From Pocillopora damicornis (lineage: Eukaryota): DNA of 64,000 bases. A program made the position numbers and the translations under genes. Shown here in pieces: positions 61,684 through 64,000 of the stretch (positions within the stretch are counted from its first letter, which is position 1; every line of letters begins with the position of its first letter). The stretch lies in the NCBI RefSeq assembly GCF_003704095.1, contig NW_020847344.1, forward strand, positions 434,001-498,000, in the 5' to 3' direction. The notes beneath the pieces were generated by a model. That model made no database searches, had not been told where the DNA came from, and worked only from the letters and a program-made list of their open reading frames with translations.

Positions 61684-63287
61684 ATGGATGATTCAGAGTA
61701 TGAAAGCCTACCAACGGAAAAGGTGACGGTACATCTTGCCGCGGGCGCTATGGCAGGAGTTATGGAACATTGTGTAATGTACCCCGTGGACTGCGTGAAG
61801 GTACGATCGATCTACGAGTTGAGAATTCTAAAAATCAAACGTAATCAAATCGAACAATTCACATGGGTAAAACATGGGTTTTCTCTTCAATGAGCGCGGG
61901 AAACGTATCGGCTGTCTATCTTAAAACATGTAGGTTGGTCTCGATCAGTACTCGTGGCCTCGTGAAATTCAACATTAGGTCACATTGGGTGGGTGGAATG
62001 TTTTCGCCAATTTTAGTTTTACATCTGTAAATCGTAGGCATAGCCTATAACACATAGTTCACTTTTAATGTTCGGCAAGAAATCTAGAACTTTCATTTTT
62101 TGACACCGTCACTGTGGATGATATTGGGTCATTAGTTTAAGTTTTAACCAGAAATACTCCCGCAGATAATTAAAGGCTTTGCAATTATCGATTACGTCGT
62201 TTAGATCGTCGTCAGCTCAAAAAGTTGTTCTTATAGGTCGAATTTGTAAAACTTTTTATTTACATCTTCTGGGGTTGAAATTTCCCTCAATAAACAAGTT
62301 AGCCAGCTTCGGGAAATGTCTGTCGTTGCTGGCCAGATTGCAGGGGAAATGTTTGCTCTGTAAGGATAGCATTGATACTGCAATATTGGACTTAACACGC
62401 ATTCAAAGAAGTGGGAATTAAAAGAGCATTACACTTCTGTTTTGATATAGCACACCTTTAAACAATCCAGTTTATACAGAAGCATGTCTATTTGTATTGC
62501 AGATAACTGCATGTGCTAACAAATTAATCACGATAACAAAATAGTAGAGTCTATGTTCCGATGCATTTAAGTGTGTTTTGGGTGGGACTCACATTCTTTT
62601 TTGTTGGAACTGATAGGCAAGGGTTGTAACTACTCTGACAAGAGCTCAAAATATATTTATGTTGGGGAACATAAACTGTATTGCAATTATTGTCACTTGT
62701 GAGGGTGCCAAGAAATAAAAACTGAAAAAAATATCAACAAAACAGTCTGAACAAGTACCTTGTATTCAAACTTCTTGTTTATTTTGGAAGTTGGATGAAA
62801 AAAAAAAGTTTGAAATTTGCATCAGTGGGAAGTTTTGACCATCAGGTAAGAGTTGTAGAAAACTGCAAAAAGTTAAAGTAGTGTTTGTGCTGTTTTGAGT
62901 CTGGATTATGTAAAATCATATTTTTCACTTAGGTTTTGCTCTTTTTTTTTTTTTTTAATTTTTTTTTAAGAGGAATGAAACTAATTCATATGGATGGCTT
63001 TATATGGTCAAGTACTCAAAATTTAGCAGTGGAAAAAACTGATATGCCTCCTTTTTAATTACAGACAAGGATGCAGAGTTTGCGTCCACATCCAAATGCT
63101 ATTTATAGAAACATTGGGGATGCTCTTACAACTATGGTTAAAAGGGAAGGACTTTTTACCCCACTCAGGGGAATGAATGTGGTGGCAATAGGAGCTGGCC
63201 CTGCACATGCTCTGTATTTCAGCACTTACGAGGCCACTAAGAAGTTTCTGAATGGGAACCAAGACACTTACAATCCCTTTTCACATG
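61684..63287 (+). CDS. SLC25A28: Mitoferrin (SLC25A28/SLC25A37 family), 5' partial; continues beyond the window
   Basis: Exon 61684-61800 [10 protein letters not shown]...[20 protein letters not shown]; exon 63065-63287 TRMQSL...[14 protein letters not shown]; carrier signature Px[DE]xx[KR]. Confidence 0.93.
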
Positions 63288-64000
63288 GTAGGTATCTTTG
63301 TAGGCATTTGAGAATGTTAATGATACACCTATCAGAGCTGAAGAAAATTTAAACCTAGTGAAAGTGAAGAGAAGGCAAGAGATAACAATGTTTCCTCTGT
63401 ATTACTGGAAGAAAATTGTATATTCTGCAAGTTGATTCTTAAAAAGTTAATCCCCTTGTCTATTTTTTGATGGTTGTGATTAGTTATTTGGTATATTTTC
63501 AGCTTTTTAAAAGAAAACAAAGGCAGTATTTTCATTTTTTTGTTGGAGATATGGAGAGCTTGAAAGACCACTTTCACATAATTTGGCAACAAAAATATTT
63601 TTGATCCAGCTTGTCTAATATATTTGAAGAATTTCCCTTTCTTGATTATTTTGCTCATGGATTCAAAGTGAGGCAGTCCAAAAGGGAAACATTTACTTCA
63701 CATAACTTATTCAGGTGCTGGCTAGTAGTTAGCGTAAGGTATTTTGGAGAACAGTTGTTCCTTTTCTTAAGTTGCAGCAACACCAGATGATATCTGAGAA
63801 GACATTCCAGATATGGTTTGCTAACATGTAGTTAAGCATGTTCATAAATTTATGCATAACTTCCTAATCTGTAGCTTTTATTGTTTCTTTTTCTTGGGTA
63901 GATTTTTACCTTTTTCTTGTCATTTGCTTGGTAGAGGGAGATGTTACTGCTTGGTTATTGGAAAATTTTGGTCATTACTGCATTATATGTACTCTCTCAG

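Overview
AT-rich, intron-containing animal genomic DNA. The repeat families and gene content suggest an anthozoan cnidarian, probably a stony coral (inference). Seven spliced genes can be reconstructed by hand: CABCOCO1 (-), an MDM2/MDM4-family E3 ligase (-), cytosolic phospholipase A2 (-), SMIM8 (-, missing from the ORF track), WDR11 (-), FANK1 (+, head-to-head with WDR11) and the 5' end of mitoferrin SLC25A28/37 (+). The strongest hunt result is the MDM locus. It has a perfect zero-spacer p53-family response element, E2F and CCAAT sites in the putative promoter, an 18/20 p53 element in intron 1 and two uORFs in exon 1, yet I cannot find a SWIB/p53-binding domain in the protein. This suggests a feedback arm kept at the DNA level and lost or diverged at the protein level. 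Other highlights: two U12-type (minor spliceosome) introns, a decayed Polinton/adintovirus-like viral remnant (adenain protease plus collagen-fibre gene), a D-box/E-box cluster at the mitoferrin promoter, an RFX X-box at CABCOCO1, a long-TIR transposon with an exact 8-bp TSD, nested TTAA MITEs, and unexplained exon-like and orphan ORF pieces at about 5.8-11 kb. Exon boundaries were read by eye and internal ones may be off by a few bases.
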